64,000 nt of DNA from Archaeoglobus sp. JdFR-22. Its GTDB lineage: Archaea; Halobacteriota; Archaeoglobi; Archaeoglobales; Archaeoglobaceae. The translations under genes and the position numbers were made by a program. Shown here piece after piece: positions 54,358 to 63,135 of this stretch. Every line of letters starts with the position of its first letter. Positions within the stretch are counted from its first letter, which is position 1. The notes beneath the pieces are model-generated. The model had not been told where the DNA came from, ran no database searches, and saw only the letters and a list, made by a program, of their open reading frames with translations. The stretch lies in contig MTMJ01000022.1 in NCBI GenBank assembly GCA_002010045.1, positions 18,832 through 82,831 on the forward strand. The letters run 5' to 3'.

Positions 54358-56553
54358 TTACGCATACATTTTATGAATACCCTCAACAATTTTTTCGTAT
54401 TTTTCAACATCTTCTTTGGTTAAACTAGGTTTTATCTTTTTCATTGCCTCTTCAAAATGCCTCATCTCTATCTTAATATTCTGAGCCACTTCCTTAGCTT
54501 CTTCTCTTGACATATCCGGATTTATGTGCTCTCTTATAACAAGCATTCCTGCTTCTCTGCACACAGCCTCAATGTCCGCGCCACTGTAACCCTCGGACTT
54601 CCTTGCGAGTTCATCCAAGTCCACATCACCGAGTGGTTTTCCACGCAGATGAATGCGGAAAATCTCCTTTCTCGCTTCTCTATCAGGCGGTGGAATATAA
54701 ACATGTCTTTCAATTCTACCGGGTCTTATCAATGCCGGGTCAACCATGTCAGGCCTGTTTGTTGCAGCAACAACAATAACATCCTTCAGCTCCTCGAGCC
54801 CATCCAGTTCAGTAAGCAGCTGACTGACAACCCTCTCGGTAACGTGACTGTCAGCTCCAAGACCTCTACGTGGGGCAAGACTGTCCACCTCGTCAAAGAA
54901 CAGGATTGCCGGTGCAACCTGCCTTGCCTTCCTGAACATTTCTCTGACGTGCTTCTCACTCTCACCCACCCATTTGCTCAATAATTCGGGACCTTTGACG
55001 CTTATGAAGTTTGCGTTACTTTCATTTGCGACAGCCTTTGCAATTAACGTTTTACCTGTTCCCGGGGGCCCATAAAGCAGAATTCCCTTTGGAGGAGCAA
55101 TGTTGACAGTGGAGAAAACCTCCGGAAACTTCATTGGCCATTCCACCGCTTCCTGCATTTCCTGTTTGGCTTTTTCAAGACCACCAACATCATCCCATTT
55201 TACATTTGGCACTTCTACAAGAACCTCACGCATTGCAGATGGTTCTATATTCTTCAGGGCTTCCCTGAAGTCGTCAACTGTAACTTTGAGGTTTTGAAGG
55301 ACTTCCTGAGGTATCTCTTCTGCTTCAATATCAATTTCTGGCAGGGCTCTCCTCAGCGCATGCATCGCAGCTTCCTTTGCAAGTGCTTCAAGATCCGCTC
55401 CAACAAAACCAAGGGTCAAATCAGCAAATTTATCAATATCAACATCTTCTCCGAGTGGCATACCCCTTGTGTGTATCTCCAGAACCTCTTTCCTGCCTTC
55501 CCTGTCAGGAACTCCAATCTCAATCTCCCTGTCGAACCTACCTGGTCTTCTTAATGCCGGATCAAGCGCATCCGGTCTGTTGGTGGCAGCAATCACTACA
55601 ACATCGCCCCTCGCCTCAAGACCATCCATCAGGGAAAGAAGCTGTGCCACCACTCTCCTCTCAACCTCTCCAGTAACTTCCTCTCTTTTTGGAGCGATTG
55701 AATCAATTTCGTCAATGAATATTATTGCTGGGGTGTTTTCACTTGCTTCTTCAAATATTTCTCTCAGGCGCTGTTCTGATTCACCATAATACTTGCTCAT
55801 TATCTCTGGCCCGCTCAATGATATGAAGTGGGCATCAACCTCATTTGCGACAGCCTTTGCAATTAACGTTTTACCTGTTCCCGGAGGCCCATGCAAGAGA
55901 ACACCCTTGGGTGGGTCTATACCAAGTTTCTGGAAGATTTCAGGATGCTTCAATGGTAACTCAATCATCTCCCTCACGAGGCGAAGTTCTCTCTTCAATC
56001 CTCCAATATCTTCGTACGTCACACTCGGAACTGTTCTTCTGACTTCCTCGACCGGTTTCTCTTTAAGTTCAATACTGGTTGTTCTTGATACCATGACAAT
56101 CCCTGAAGGTTTCGTTCCAGTTACCACAAATGTCAGCGTGTGCCCGAAAATCTCAACTCTGATTCTCTGCCCCCTCATTACTGGTCTACCCTCAAGTAAC
56201 CTTAACAGATAGGATTCGCCACCCATCAGCCTTACTGGTTCTGTCGGTGCTACAACGACTTTTTCTGCCCTTTTTGTTTCTGCCTTTCTTACCGTAACTC
56301 TATCATCTATTCCTACGCCAGCATTGTTTCGCAGGTTTCCATCTATCCTTATGATTCCCGTTCCTCTATCTTCCGGGTAACCTGGCCATACTATCGCAGG
56401 AGCGGTGTTCTTACCTTTGACTTCAATTACATCGCCACTCTGAAGCCCGCGCTCTTCCATGACCTCAGGGTCAATTCTGGCTATACCCCTGCCAACATCA
56501 CGGTAATATGCTTCCGTTACCCTCAATACAACATCTTCATTTTTCTTAACCAT
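54358..56553 (-). CDS. cdc48: CDC48/VCP-type AAA+ ATPase
   Basis: 731 aa; N-domain plus two AAA modules, each with [17 protein letters not shown] and DEID/DEVD Walker B. Confidence 0.9.
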   Translation of the reverse strand: MVKKNEDVVLRVTEAYYRDVGRGIARIDPEVMEERGLQSGDVIEVKGKNTAPAIVWPGYPEDRGTGIIRIDGNLRNNAGVGIDDRVTVRKAETKRAEKVVVAPTEPVRLMGGESYLLRLLEGRPVMRGQRIRVEIFGHTLTFVVTGTKPSGIVMVSRTTSIELKEKPVEEVRRTVPSVTYEDIGGLKRELRLVREMIELPLKHPEIFQKLGIDPPKGVLLHGPPGTGKTLIAKAVANEVDAHFISLSGPEIMSKYYGESEQRLREIFEEASENTPAIIFIDEIDSIAPKREEVTGEVERRVVAQLLSLMDGLEARGDVVVIAATNRPDALDPALRRPGRFDREIEIGVPDREGRKEVLEIHTRGMPLGEDVDIDKFADLTLGFVGADLEALAKEAAMHALRRALPEIDIEAEEIPQEVLQNLKVTVDDFREALKNIEPSAMREVLVEVPNVKWDDVGGLEKAKQEMQEAVEWPMKFPEVFSTVNIAPPKGILLYGPPGTGKTLIAKAVANESNANFISVKGPELLSKWVGESEKHVREMFRKARQVAPAILFFDEVDSLAPRRGLGADSHVTERVVSQLLTELDGLEELKDVIVVAATNRPDMVDPALIRPGRIERHVYIPPPDREARKEIFRIHLRGKPLGDVDLDELARKSEGYSGADIEAVCREAGMLVIREHINPDMSREEAKEVAQNIKIEMRHFEEAMKKIKPSLTKEDVEKYEKIVEGIHKMYA

Positions 56554-56577
56554 ATTATCACCTCTTTAATTATATAA

Positions 56578-57246
56578 TCAACATTTTATTCTCCAGTAAA
56601 TTTCATCCCCCTCTTCTTTTTCAACAAGATTTTTACTCTCAAGGCTCTTCAAGGCTTTTAGCACGTCATTGTATGGTATTCCAAAGCTTTCTGAGATTTT
56701 CAATGGAGTGTCTGCACCTTTTGTTATAGCCAGCATCACTATTCTCTCAACTTCATCATCGATTTCCTTCTCAATCTCATCAAGCAATTCTTCAAACATA
56801 TCATTAAATCTTCTTGACACAGCACCAAGCATTTCTGAAAAACATTTTTCTATTTCCTCAACATCCCTTAATGCTCTGAATAAATCCACCATTGAGCCGG
56901 TTGAGGGTTTAAATGCATTCTCAAAGTGTTTCATTAGTTTGTCAAACTCGAGTTCCGGCTCGCCCTTTATCGTACTCGCAAAGAATCTATGAGGTGTGAT
57001 TGAAATTTCGATTCTCAGATTGCTGTTGATGTTGTAGTACCTTCTTCTACCCTCTTCATAGCATCTGACTATTCCAATGTTTTCAAGCTTTTCCAGATGG
57101 TCAAGCACAACTTTTGGTGACATTTTGAGTGAATAGGAGATTTCGCTCACATAACATGGTTTTTTGGAAAGTAGATTCAAAATTCTCCTTCGACTCTCAT
57201 TCCCGAGGACTTCAAGTATCTCCTCAGCCATCGTTTTTCCAGCCAT
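56578..57246 (-). CDS. hsr1: ArsR-like wHTH heat-shock regulator (HSR1/Phr type)
   Basis: 222 aa; N-terminal LGNESRRRILNLLSKKPCYVSEIS wHTH; first gene of the hsr1-cdc48-hsp20 arrangement known from Archaeoglobus fulgidus. Confidence 0.7.
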   Translation of the reverse strand: MAGKTMAEEILEVLGNESRRRILNLLSKKPCYVSEISYSLKMSPKVVLDHLEKLENIGIVRCYEEGRRRYYNINSNLRIEISITPHRFFASTIKGEPELEFDKLMKHFENAFKPSTGSMVDLFRALRDVEEIEKCFSEMLGAVSRRFNDMFEELLDEIEKEIDDEVERIVMLAITKGADTPLKISESFGIPYNDVLKALKSLESKNLVEKEEGDEIYWRIKC

Positions 57247-57295
57247 TTTTGCTTCACCTTTTAATTATTAACCTTCAACTACTTTACTTTTGTTA

Positions 57296-57310
57296 CTAAC
57301 ATTGGGTTAG
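57296..57310. promoter_or_regulatory. CTAAC-N5-GTTAG palindrome (HSR1/Phr-type operator)
   Basis: The exact sequence CTAACATTGGGTTAG lies 50 nt upstream of the hsr1 ATG and 8 nt downstream of a TATA-like box on the gene strand. Confidence 0.6.
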
Positions 57311-57318
57311 TGTAATTC

Positions 57319-57326
57319 TATTTAAA
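57319..57326 (-). promoter_or_regulatory. TATA box (TTTAAATA) with purine-rich BRE for the hsr1 operon
   Basis: The minus-strand reading is CGAAAGC-TTTAAATA; the position is consistent with a transcription start inside the palindrome. Confidence 0.5.
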
Positions 57327-57373
57327 GCTTTCGTTTTCTAACTCATGAATTCCGTTTTTGATGCGAGAAGAGA

Positions 57374-58811
57374 TTGCAGGCAGCAACAGTTACAGTGCCG
57401 GACGACTACCCCAGCATTCAGTGGGCTATAGATAACGCTACAGAAGGAGACACAATTGTCGTGAAGGACGGAGTTTATGTTGAAAATATAGTAGTAAACA
57501 AGCGTTTGACAATAAAGTCAGAGAATGGCTTTGATAACTGTATTGTTAAAGCTGGATTTGGAAATGTAATTACAATAACTGCCGACTATGCAAGCATAAC
57601 TGGTTTTACTTTTGCCGGAGCAGGTGAAAACGAATTCCTATTTGCTGGCATCAGCATCAACGCCAATCACTGCAGAATTACAGACAATCTGTGCTTGAAT
57701 AACAGTGTTGGCATAGCTCTTTACGGAGCAAATGACAACATAATAGCAAACAATAACATCACTAACAACATTTTCGGAGTTCGCCTTTACTATTCAAATA
57801 ACAACTTAGTCTATCTGAATAACTTCATCAACGTCAATAATGTTTATTCTTACGCATCATCAAATTTATGGAACTCACCAGAGCAAATAATCTACCAGTA
57901 CAGTGGTAAAACCTTCATCAACTACCTCGGAAACTACTGGAATGACTATAGAGATGATGAGCCCTCAGAGTTTGCAGGTGAAGATTTGCCACCTAGTGGA
58001 TATATGCCACTAAATAATTATTTAGACCTTGATGACGATGGTGTTGGAGATATATCCTACACAACATATACGGATTCAGATAAAGATTACTATCCACTCA
58101 TGAAGCCTTTTGAGAACTATTTTGTACTTGAGAGGGGACCTGAACTGGTTGATTATGAAATAAGAAATCTTTGGGAGGGCTATTTAAAGCAAATGGAGTC
58201 GGAGAAAGGTAGGTTAGCTGTAGAGTTTTTTATATTAACAAGAATTCTCGTAGCGAATGAGGTGAACTACTTTTGGAGTTTACTAAATGCAACTATTTCG
58301 CATGATGAGATGGTAAAGAATTTATTAGGAGAGATTCAAGATGATTCTGGGAAGAGAGTAGATTCATTTGAAATGAATAAAACAGATGATGGGTTGTTTT
58401 CGAGAGATTTAGTTGGTACCAATGCTCTGAGTGTGATTTATACAATTGCATCATTCTTTGGAGTTGACTTGCCATTTTATAATTTGCCCCAATATTACTG
58501 GACAAATGTAATGATGACTGACATTTCCAGCAACAACTTCACATACGCAGTTGGAGAGAAACTGCCGATTACAAACAATTTACGGCAAGGAATCTGCAAA
58601 TTACACCTTGCAAACAGTATGGTGGAATGATGGCACTTTGATGGATAAAACAATAATAAACGACAGCATTAAAGAAGGGGAGACTAAAACGATTGAAAAG
58701 AGTATTCCTACTCCAACTCCAGTTCCAACACCAATTCCTGAGTTTACACCAGTAGGACTTTTAAGTATAGTTGGATTGCTATTGATTGCAATAAAATTCA
58801 ACAGGGAGTAA
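57374..58811 (+). pseudogene. parallel beta-helix (NosD/PbH1-repeat) surface protein with PEF-CTERM anchor; frameshifted and lacking a signal peptide
   Basis: Two overlapping ORFs (57374..58630 and 58551..58811). The first has NNSVGIALYGANDNIIANNNITNN-type repeats. The second ends PTPTPVPTPIPEFTPVGLLSIVGLLLIAIKFNRE. The only start is TTG, directly after an in-frame TGA. Confidence 0.55.
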
Positions 58812-58828
58812 ATAGGAGGTTAGATTGT

Positions 58829-59134
58829 ATGTCGGTCAAAGAGTTCTTAGAACTGGACAGAAGGAAGATAGGAGTAGTAATTGTAGTGTCAATTTTTTTA
58901 CTATTTTACCATTTTGTTCTTCAAAAAGATATCATCTGAATACGTCCATATCTCTGTGAGCCACCAGTAAAGAGAAATTACAACTGCATAACTCTGTTCT
59001 ACGATCTGGAGGAAGGAAGAGTCACCCACATAACAGAGGACAAGAAGAAGGAAGTATTCAGGAAGCTAAAAGATTTCCTTGAACAAAAGATCAATCTTGA
59101 TAAGATAAAAGCAGCTAAGAATTCGTTTGGCTGA
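58829..59134 (+). pseudogene. 101-codon reading frame interrupted by a single in-frame TGA
   Basis: AGGAGG lies upstream of the ATG. The sequence MSVKEFLELDRRKIGVVIVVSIFLLFYHFVLQKDII is followed by TGA (58937-58939), then 64 further open codons in the same frame. Confidence 0.25.
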
Positions 59135-59198
59135 GTAAATGTAGCAAATTTTCATGTTTGTTTTTAAAAAAAAGGGGAATCCCTTCATTGCCCCATTG

Positions 59199-59260
59199 AG
59201 GGGCTCCGGCTGGGGGGTTATTGGGTGGGGTGGTAGGGTGGTAGTATGGGTGGTAGTTGG
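59199..59260 (+). repeat. G-rich tract with GG(G)TGGTAG repeats (G-quadruplex-capable)
   Basis: G runs at 59200-03, 59212-17, 59223-25, 59227-30, 59236-38 and 59248-50; the GGGTGGTAG-like unit occurs three times. Confidence 0.6.
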
Positions 59261-59515
59261 TATACATTATCATTATAAGATTTAAATCTTTCGATTGTAA
59301 TAACAATCATCATTTTTAATGACTATATATTTAATTTTTTAATTAAATTCAAAATTTTATTCTTAGTTAATAAAAAACAGAAAAAATTTTTTATCGCGAT
59401 TGATATTTTCCCCACTGTATAAAAAACAAATGAGGAAATCAGATTTACCGGGAACGGAAGAAAAACTTAAAAATACAAATTAACATTAAAGATTAAGCCA
59501 TCAATAAGGGCGTAT

Positions 59516-60397
59516 GTGATTGAGATGTTTAAAAGACTCGTAATACCAGAAAATACGAAATTCGAAGAGGGAAGTATTGTAATTGAGAAGGATGCAATTG
59601 TAGGGGCTGGTAGCTCACTGGGTTATGGAATCATAGGGAGAAAAGTTGTTTTTGGAGAGAAATGCACCATCGAGGGAGACATTATCGGAGATGACGTAAG
59701 ACTGGATGCATGGTGTGATGTCAGGGGTAATGTGGTCAGCAAGGGTGATGCATATCTGTCAGACTTCACAACAATAGATGGAAAGCTGACCGTTTATGGC
59801 GACCTTGAGATAGGAAGAAACGTTAAAATTAAAGATGGATTCGAAGCTAAAGGTTTGATAACCATTCAAAGTCCGCTCCCAGTCTTAATATTCGTTTTTG
59901 TTTATCTTCTTGAACTTTTAAGGCTGGGAAGGCTGGAAGAGGCTGAAAAAATCTTTGAAGAAATTGATGAATTTGAGTCTCCTCTAATAATCCCCGATGA
60001 CTCAATACTGAACCTCGAGACAATAAAATCCGAACATGATATTGAAATCTCAGGTAGTAGAGTCCTCGGAAACATCAAAGGAAAAAATGTTTTTGTGGAA
60101 GGCAGTGAAGTATTCGGAAGTATTCGCGGTAATGAAATTCTTATCGACGGTGCAAGAATTCACGGAGCTGTGGAGGGGGCTGAGGTCTACCTCACAAATT
60201 CAACAGAAGTTTTTGGATATGTCAAAGCCGATAAGGTGCATCTTGAAGAGAAATGTACTGTTGAGGCTACGCTCATCGGCAAACGGGGAGTGTGGATTAA
60301 ACCGAGAATCGAAGTCTCAAAGTTTGATGTTATAAAAGAAGAAATTGAGGAAATTGAGGTTAAAGAGAGAGAAGAAATCCAGAAAGATGCTCAGTAA
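59516..60397 (+). CDS. bactofilin-like (polymer-forming beta-helix repeat) protein with a central hydrophobic segment
   Basis: 293 aa; repeated G.V.G.I / V.I...A.V.G pattern in both halves; TM-like PLPVLIFVFVYLLELL in the middle; GTG start. Confidence 0.5.
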   Translation: MIEMFKRLVIPENTKFEEGSIVIEKDAIVGAGSSLGYGIIGRKVVFGEKCTIEGDIIGDDVRLDAWCDVRGNVVSKGDAYLSDFTTIDGKLTVYGDLEIGRNVKIKDGFEAKGLITIQSPLPVLIFVFVYLLELLRLGRLEEAEKIFEEIDEFESPLIIPDDSILNLETIKSEHDIEISGSRVLGNIKGKNVFVEGSEVFGSIRGNEILIDGARIHGAVEGAEVYLTNSTEVFGYVKADKVHLEEKCTVEATLIGKRGVWIKPRIEVSKFDVIKEEIEEIEVKEREEIQKDAQ

Positions 60398-60403
60398 TAC
60401 TGA

Positions 60404-61612
60404 TTGGCTTCTCTGAGCGGTTACCGGGTATGGGGTGGTTTTTTGATTGAGATAGGACTGGCAGGAAAACCAAATTCAGGAAAATCCACTTTTTTCAGGT
60501 CAGCCACCTTAGCGGACGCTGAAATCGGGAATTATCCTTTTACAACAATCCAGCCCAATATTGGAATCGGATACGTGAGAGTCGAATGTGTTTGCAGAGA
60601 ACTTGATGTAGAATGTAAAAATTGCAGAGATGGGTGGAGGTTTATACCTGTAAAGCTCATTGATGTAGCGGGACTTGTTCCCGGAGCACATGAAGGTAGA
60701 GGCTTGGGAAACGAGTTTCTCGATAATTTGAGGCGGAGTGAGGCAGTTATACACATTGTAGATGCTTCAGGTTCAACAGACTTTGAAGGTAACGAGATTG
60801 AAATTGGGGAACATAGTCCAGTTGAGGACGTGATGTTTCTGTACAGAGAACTTGATATGTGGCTGTTTGGAATTCTGAAGAGAAACTGGGATAAAATTAC
60901 ACGACGGATAAGCATGGAGAGAAGAGACCCGGTAAAATTCATCTCAGAACAGCTTGCAGGTCTGGGTTTCGAGGACTGGCATGTAAAGGAGTCTCTCAAA
61001 ATAGTCGGAAAAGACGTATCCGAGTTCTCAAAAGATGATCTGAAAAAATTTTCATCTGAACTCAGAAAGAGAAGACTGAAAATGGTAATTGCCGCCAATA
61101 AGGCTGACAAAGCACCTGAAGAGCTTATCAAAGAGTTATCGAAATTGGATGAGATAATTGTCCCGTCATCTGCATCCCTTGAACTGACCCTAAGAACTGC
61201 AGCCCAGAATAACTACATAAAGTACCTTCCGGGTGATGAGGACTTTGAGATTCTAAAAGAGCTGAATGAAAAGCAAAAAAAGGCGCTTGAGTTAATCCGT
61301 GAGTATATGAGCAGGTTTCATGGAACTGGAGTGCAAAAAGCAATTAATTCCGTGGTTTTTGATTTGCTCAACTACATAGTTGTATATCCTGTTGAGGATG
61401 AGAATAAATATACGGACACAAAGGGCAATGTGCTGCCTGACGCTTTTCTTGTCAAAGAAGGCACAAATGCGAGAGAACTCGCATATCAGATTCATACGGA
61501 TATAGGCAAGAATTTTATCTTTGCTGTGGATGCGAAAAAGAAGATGAGAATCTCGGAAAACCACGCTCTGAAAAATAATGATGTGATTAAAATCGCAAGT
61601 GGAGCGAGGTAA
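60404..61612 (+). CDS. YchF/OLA1-family P-loop GTPase/ATPase with C-terminal TGS domain
   Basis: GLAGKPNSGKSTFF (G1), DVAGLV (G3), NKAD (G4). The real start is probably the TTG at 60443, since no ATG precedes G1. Confidence 0.8.
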   Translation: MASLSGYRVWGGFLIEIGLAGKPNSGKSTFFRSATLADAEIGNYPFTTIQPNIGIGYVRVECVCRELDVECKNCRDGWRFIPVKLIDVAGLVPGAHEGRGLGNEFLDNLRRSEAVIHIVDASGSTDFEGNEIEIGEHSPVEDVMFLYRELDMWLFGILKRNWDKITRRISMERRDPVKFISEQLAGLGFEDWHVKESLKIVGKDVSEFSKDDLKKFSSELRKRRLKMVIAANKADKAPEELIKELSKLDEIIVPSSASLELTLRTAAQNNYIKYLPGDEDFEILKELNEKQKKALELIREYMSRFHGTGVQKAINSVVFDLLNYIVVYPVEDENKYTDTKGNVLPDAFLVKEGTNARELAYQIHTDIGKNFIFAVDAKKKMRISENHALKNNDVIKIASGAR

Positions 61613-61803
61613 TGCTATACCAGAGGGTATTCCAAAATCTTCTGAATTGACCGATACCGAACTGAACTTAAAACCGGGAATAACAAAGAATGAACTGTTA
61701 AATGAGTCGGATGGTACGTCATCCAGCATGCAGAATTGAGAGGGATTTATTCGAGATGAATCAAGAATATATCGATAAAAAATAATAAAAAATTAATTTA
61801 TTA

Positions 61804-62373
61804 TTACTCTGGAAAAGAGAAATCCTCCGGGAATGCTTTACTGTGCTGGTGAATTCTCAGAAAGTCGTCTCCATGACATCCAGTACATCCAACATTGCGG
61901 GGGGTGTGTATAACAAACACATCTCCATTACTGGACTTCAACGGGTCTTCCGCATGACACTGTCCGCAGTGAGGTTTAATAGATATGTCAGTCTGGTGAC
62001 ATGTAAAGCAATCATTATAGATTTCTCCATGTAATGTATGGATGTCTGTTACTATCTGCTCGTTTGACTTCTCTGATGCGTCCTCTACGTGGCAGTAAAT
62101 ACAATCGTCCGATGCATCAAGATGACCCGCAATTACATCAGCCTGTGGTACATACGTCCTGTCTTTGTTATAGTGGCAATTCAAACAGTCCCCATCTATG
62201 GGTTCCTCTTTTTTAACCACCTGTTCGACTGGCGTTGGTGTAGGAGTTGGTTTCTCCTTCAAAGGAGTTGGAACCTCAAACTTATGCTCCTCTGATTCCT
62301 TCTGGGTGCAGAGCGATAAAACTAGTACAGAAGTTAAAATAAAAGCAATAATTAGGTAAGATTTCTGCTTCAT
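61804..62373 (-). CDS. pentahaem c-type cytochrome, lipobox-type signal
   Basis: Five CxxCH motifs (CLNCH, CIYCH, CFTCH, CGQCH, CTGCH); N-terminal hydrophobic signal ending LSLC; PT-rich linker. Confidence 0.8.
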   Translation of the reverse strand: MKQKSYLIIAFILTSVLVLSLCTQKESEEHKFEVPTPLKEKPTPTPTPVEQVVKKEEPIDGDCLNCHYNKDRTYVPQADVIAGHLDASDDCIYCHVEDASEKSNEQIVTDIHTLHGEIYNDCFTCHQTDISIKPHCGQCHAEDPLKSSNGDVFVIHTPRNVGCTGCHGDDFLRIHQHSKAFPEDFSFPE

Positions 62374-62391
62374 AGTGCTTCGCAGCTATTT

Positions 62392-62952
62392 TTACTCCTG
62401 TGCCTCTGTTCCACCATCAGCACTTATGTGCAGCACATTCAGATCCTGAGTGTGGCATACTGTACATGGCTTATCTCTGGGCAGGTGTATGTTTACAAGG
62501 TTCCCCTCACTGGGTTTTACCGGATCAACCGGGTCATGGCACAGTTCACACGATGTGCCCGCAGGCATATCTGCTGCCAACTGTCTGAACTGATCCCCAG
62601 TTATAAATTCTCCTCCAGTTCCGTGGCAAACTCCACATTCCAGATTTGCTGTTCCCTCACCCGTATGTATTACGTGTGGATCGCTTCCGTGGCAGTTGAA
62701 GCAGTACTGGCCACCTTTAACATGCGGAACGTATTCCGTTGATTTTGCATGACACGCATCACAGTCAACAGTTCCTGCTGGAACGGACGGTTCAGGACAC
62801 TCGGGGCATGGAGTTACTTCAGGACATGGTGGACATGCCGTTGCCTCCGGTGTTGCCTCAGGCACTTCTACTGGAGCTTCTTCACCTGCGCATCCTGCAA
62901 ACCAACCTGCTACGACCACTGCCATTAATATTATAAGCATCTTGGTTTTCAT
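62392..62952 (-). CDS. pentahaem c-type cytochrome, lipobox-type signal
   Basis: Five CxxCH motifs (CDACH, CFNCH, CGVCH, CELCH, CTVCH). Start set at the ATG at 62952, preceded by GGAGGG. Signal MKTKMLIILMAVVVAGWFAGC. Linker contains CPPCPEVTPCPECPEP. Confidence 0.8.
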   Translation of the reverse strand: MKTKMLIILMAVVVAGWFAGCAGEEAPVEVPEATPEATACPPCPEVTPCPECPEPSVPAGTVDCDACHAKSTEYVPHVKGGQYCFNCHGSDPHVIHTGEGTANLECGVCHGTGGEFITGDQFRQLAADMPAGTSCELCHDPVDPVKPSEGNLVNIHLPRDKPCTVCHTQDLNVLHISADGGTEAQE

Positions 62953-63135
62953 TGAACTCCCTCCAATTGGATTTGAGTTAGCTGAAATATATATTAGTCT
63001 TTCGGTTTTTTTTGTTTTCAAGTTTTTTGGAATGTAAAGATTTGCAGCAAATAATCATTTAAATTTAGGTGATTTCAGCCAGCCTTATAGACATCAAAAA
63101 GAAAATAAGAATAATAAAAGAATGGAATAAGAAAA

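Noticed and set aside
58937-58939. In-frame TGA as a selenocysteine codon
   Set aside because: To my knowledge Archaeoglobales lack the Sec machinery, which among cultured archaea is confined mainly to Methanococcales and Methanopyrus. I saw no obvious SECIS-like hairpin in the 3' region. A nonsense mutation is more parsimonious.
59115-59306. 63-aa minus-strand ORF (…YHPYYHPTTPPNNPPAGAPQWG…)
   Set aside because: It is the translation of the complementary strand of the G-rich repeat tract. It has no start context and a low-complexity sequence.
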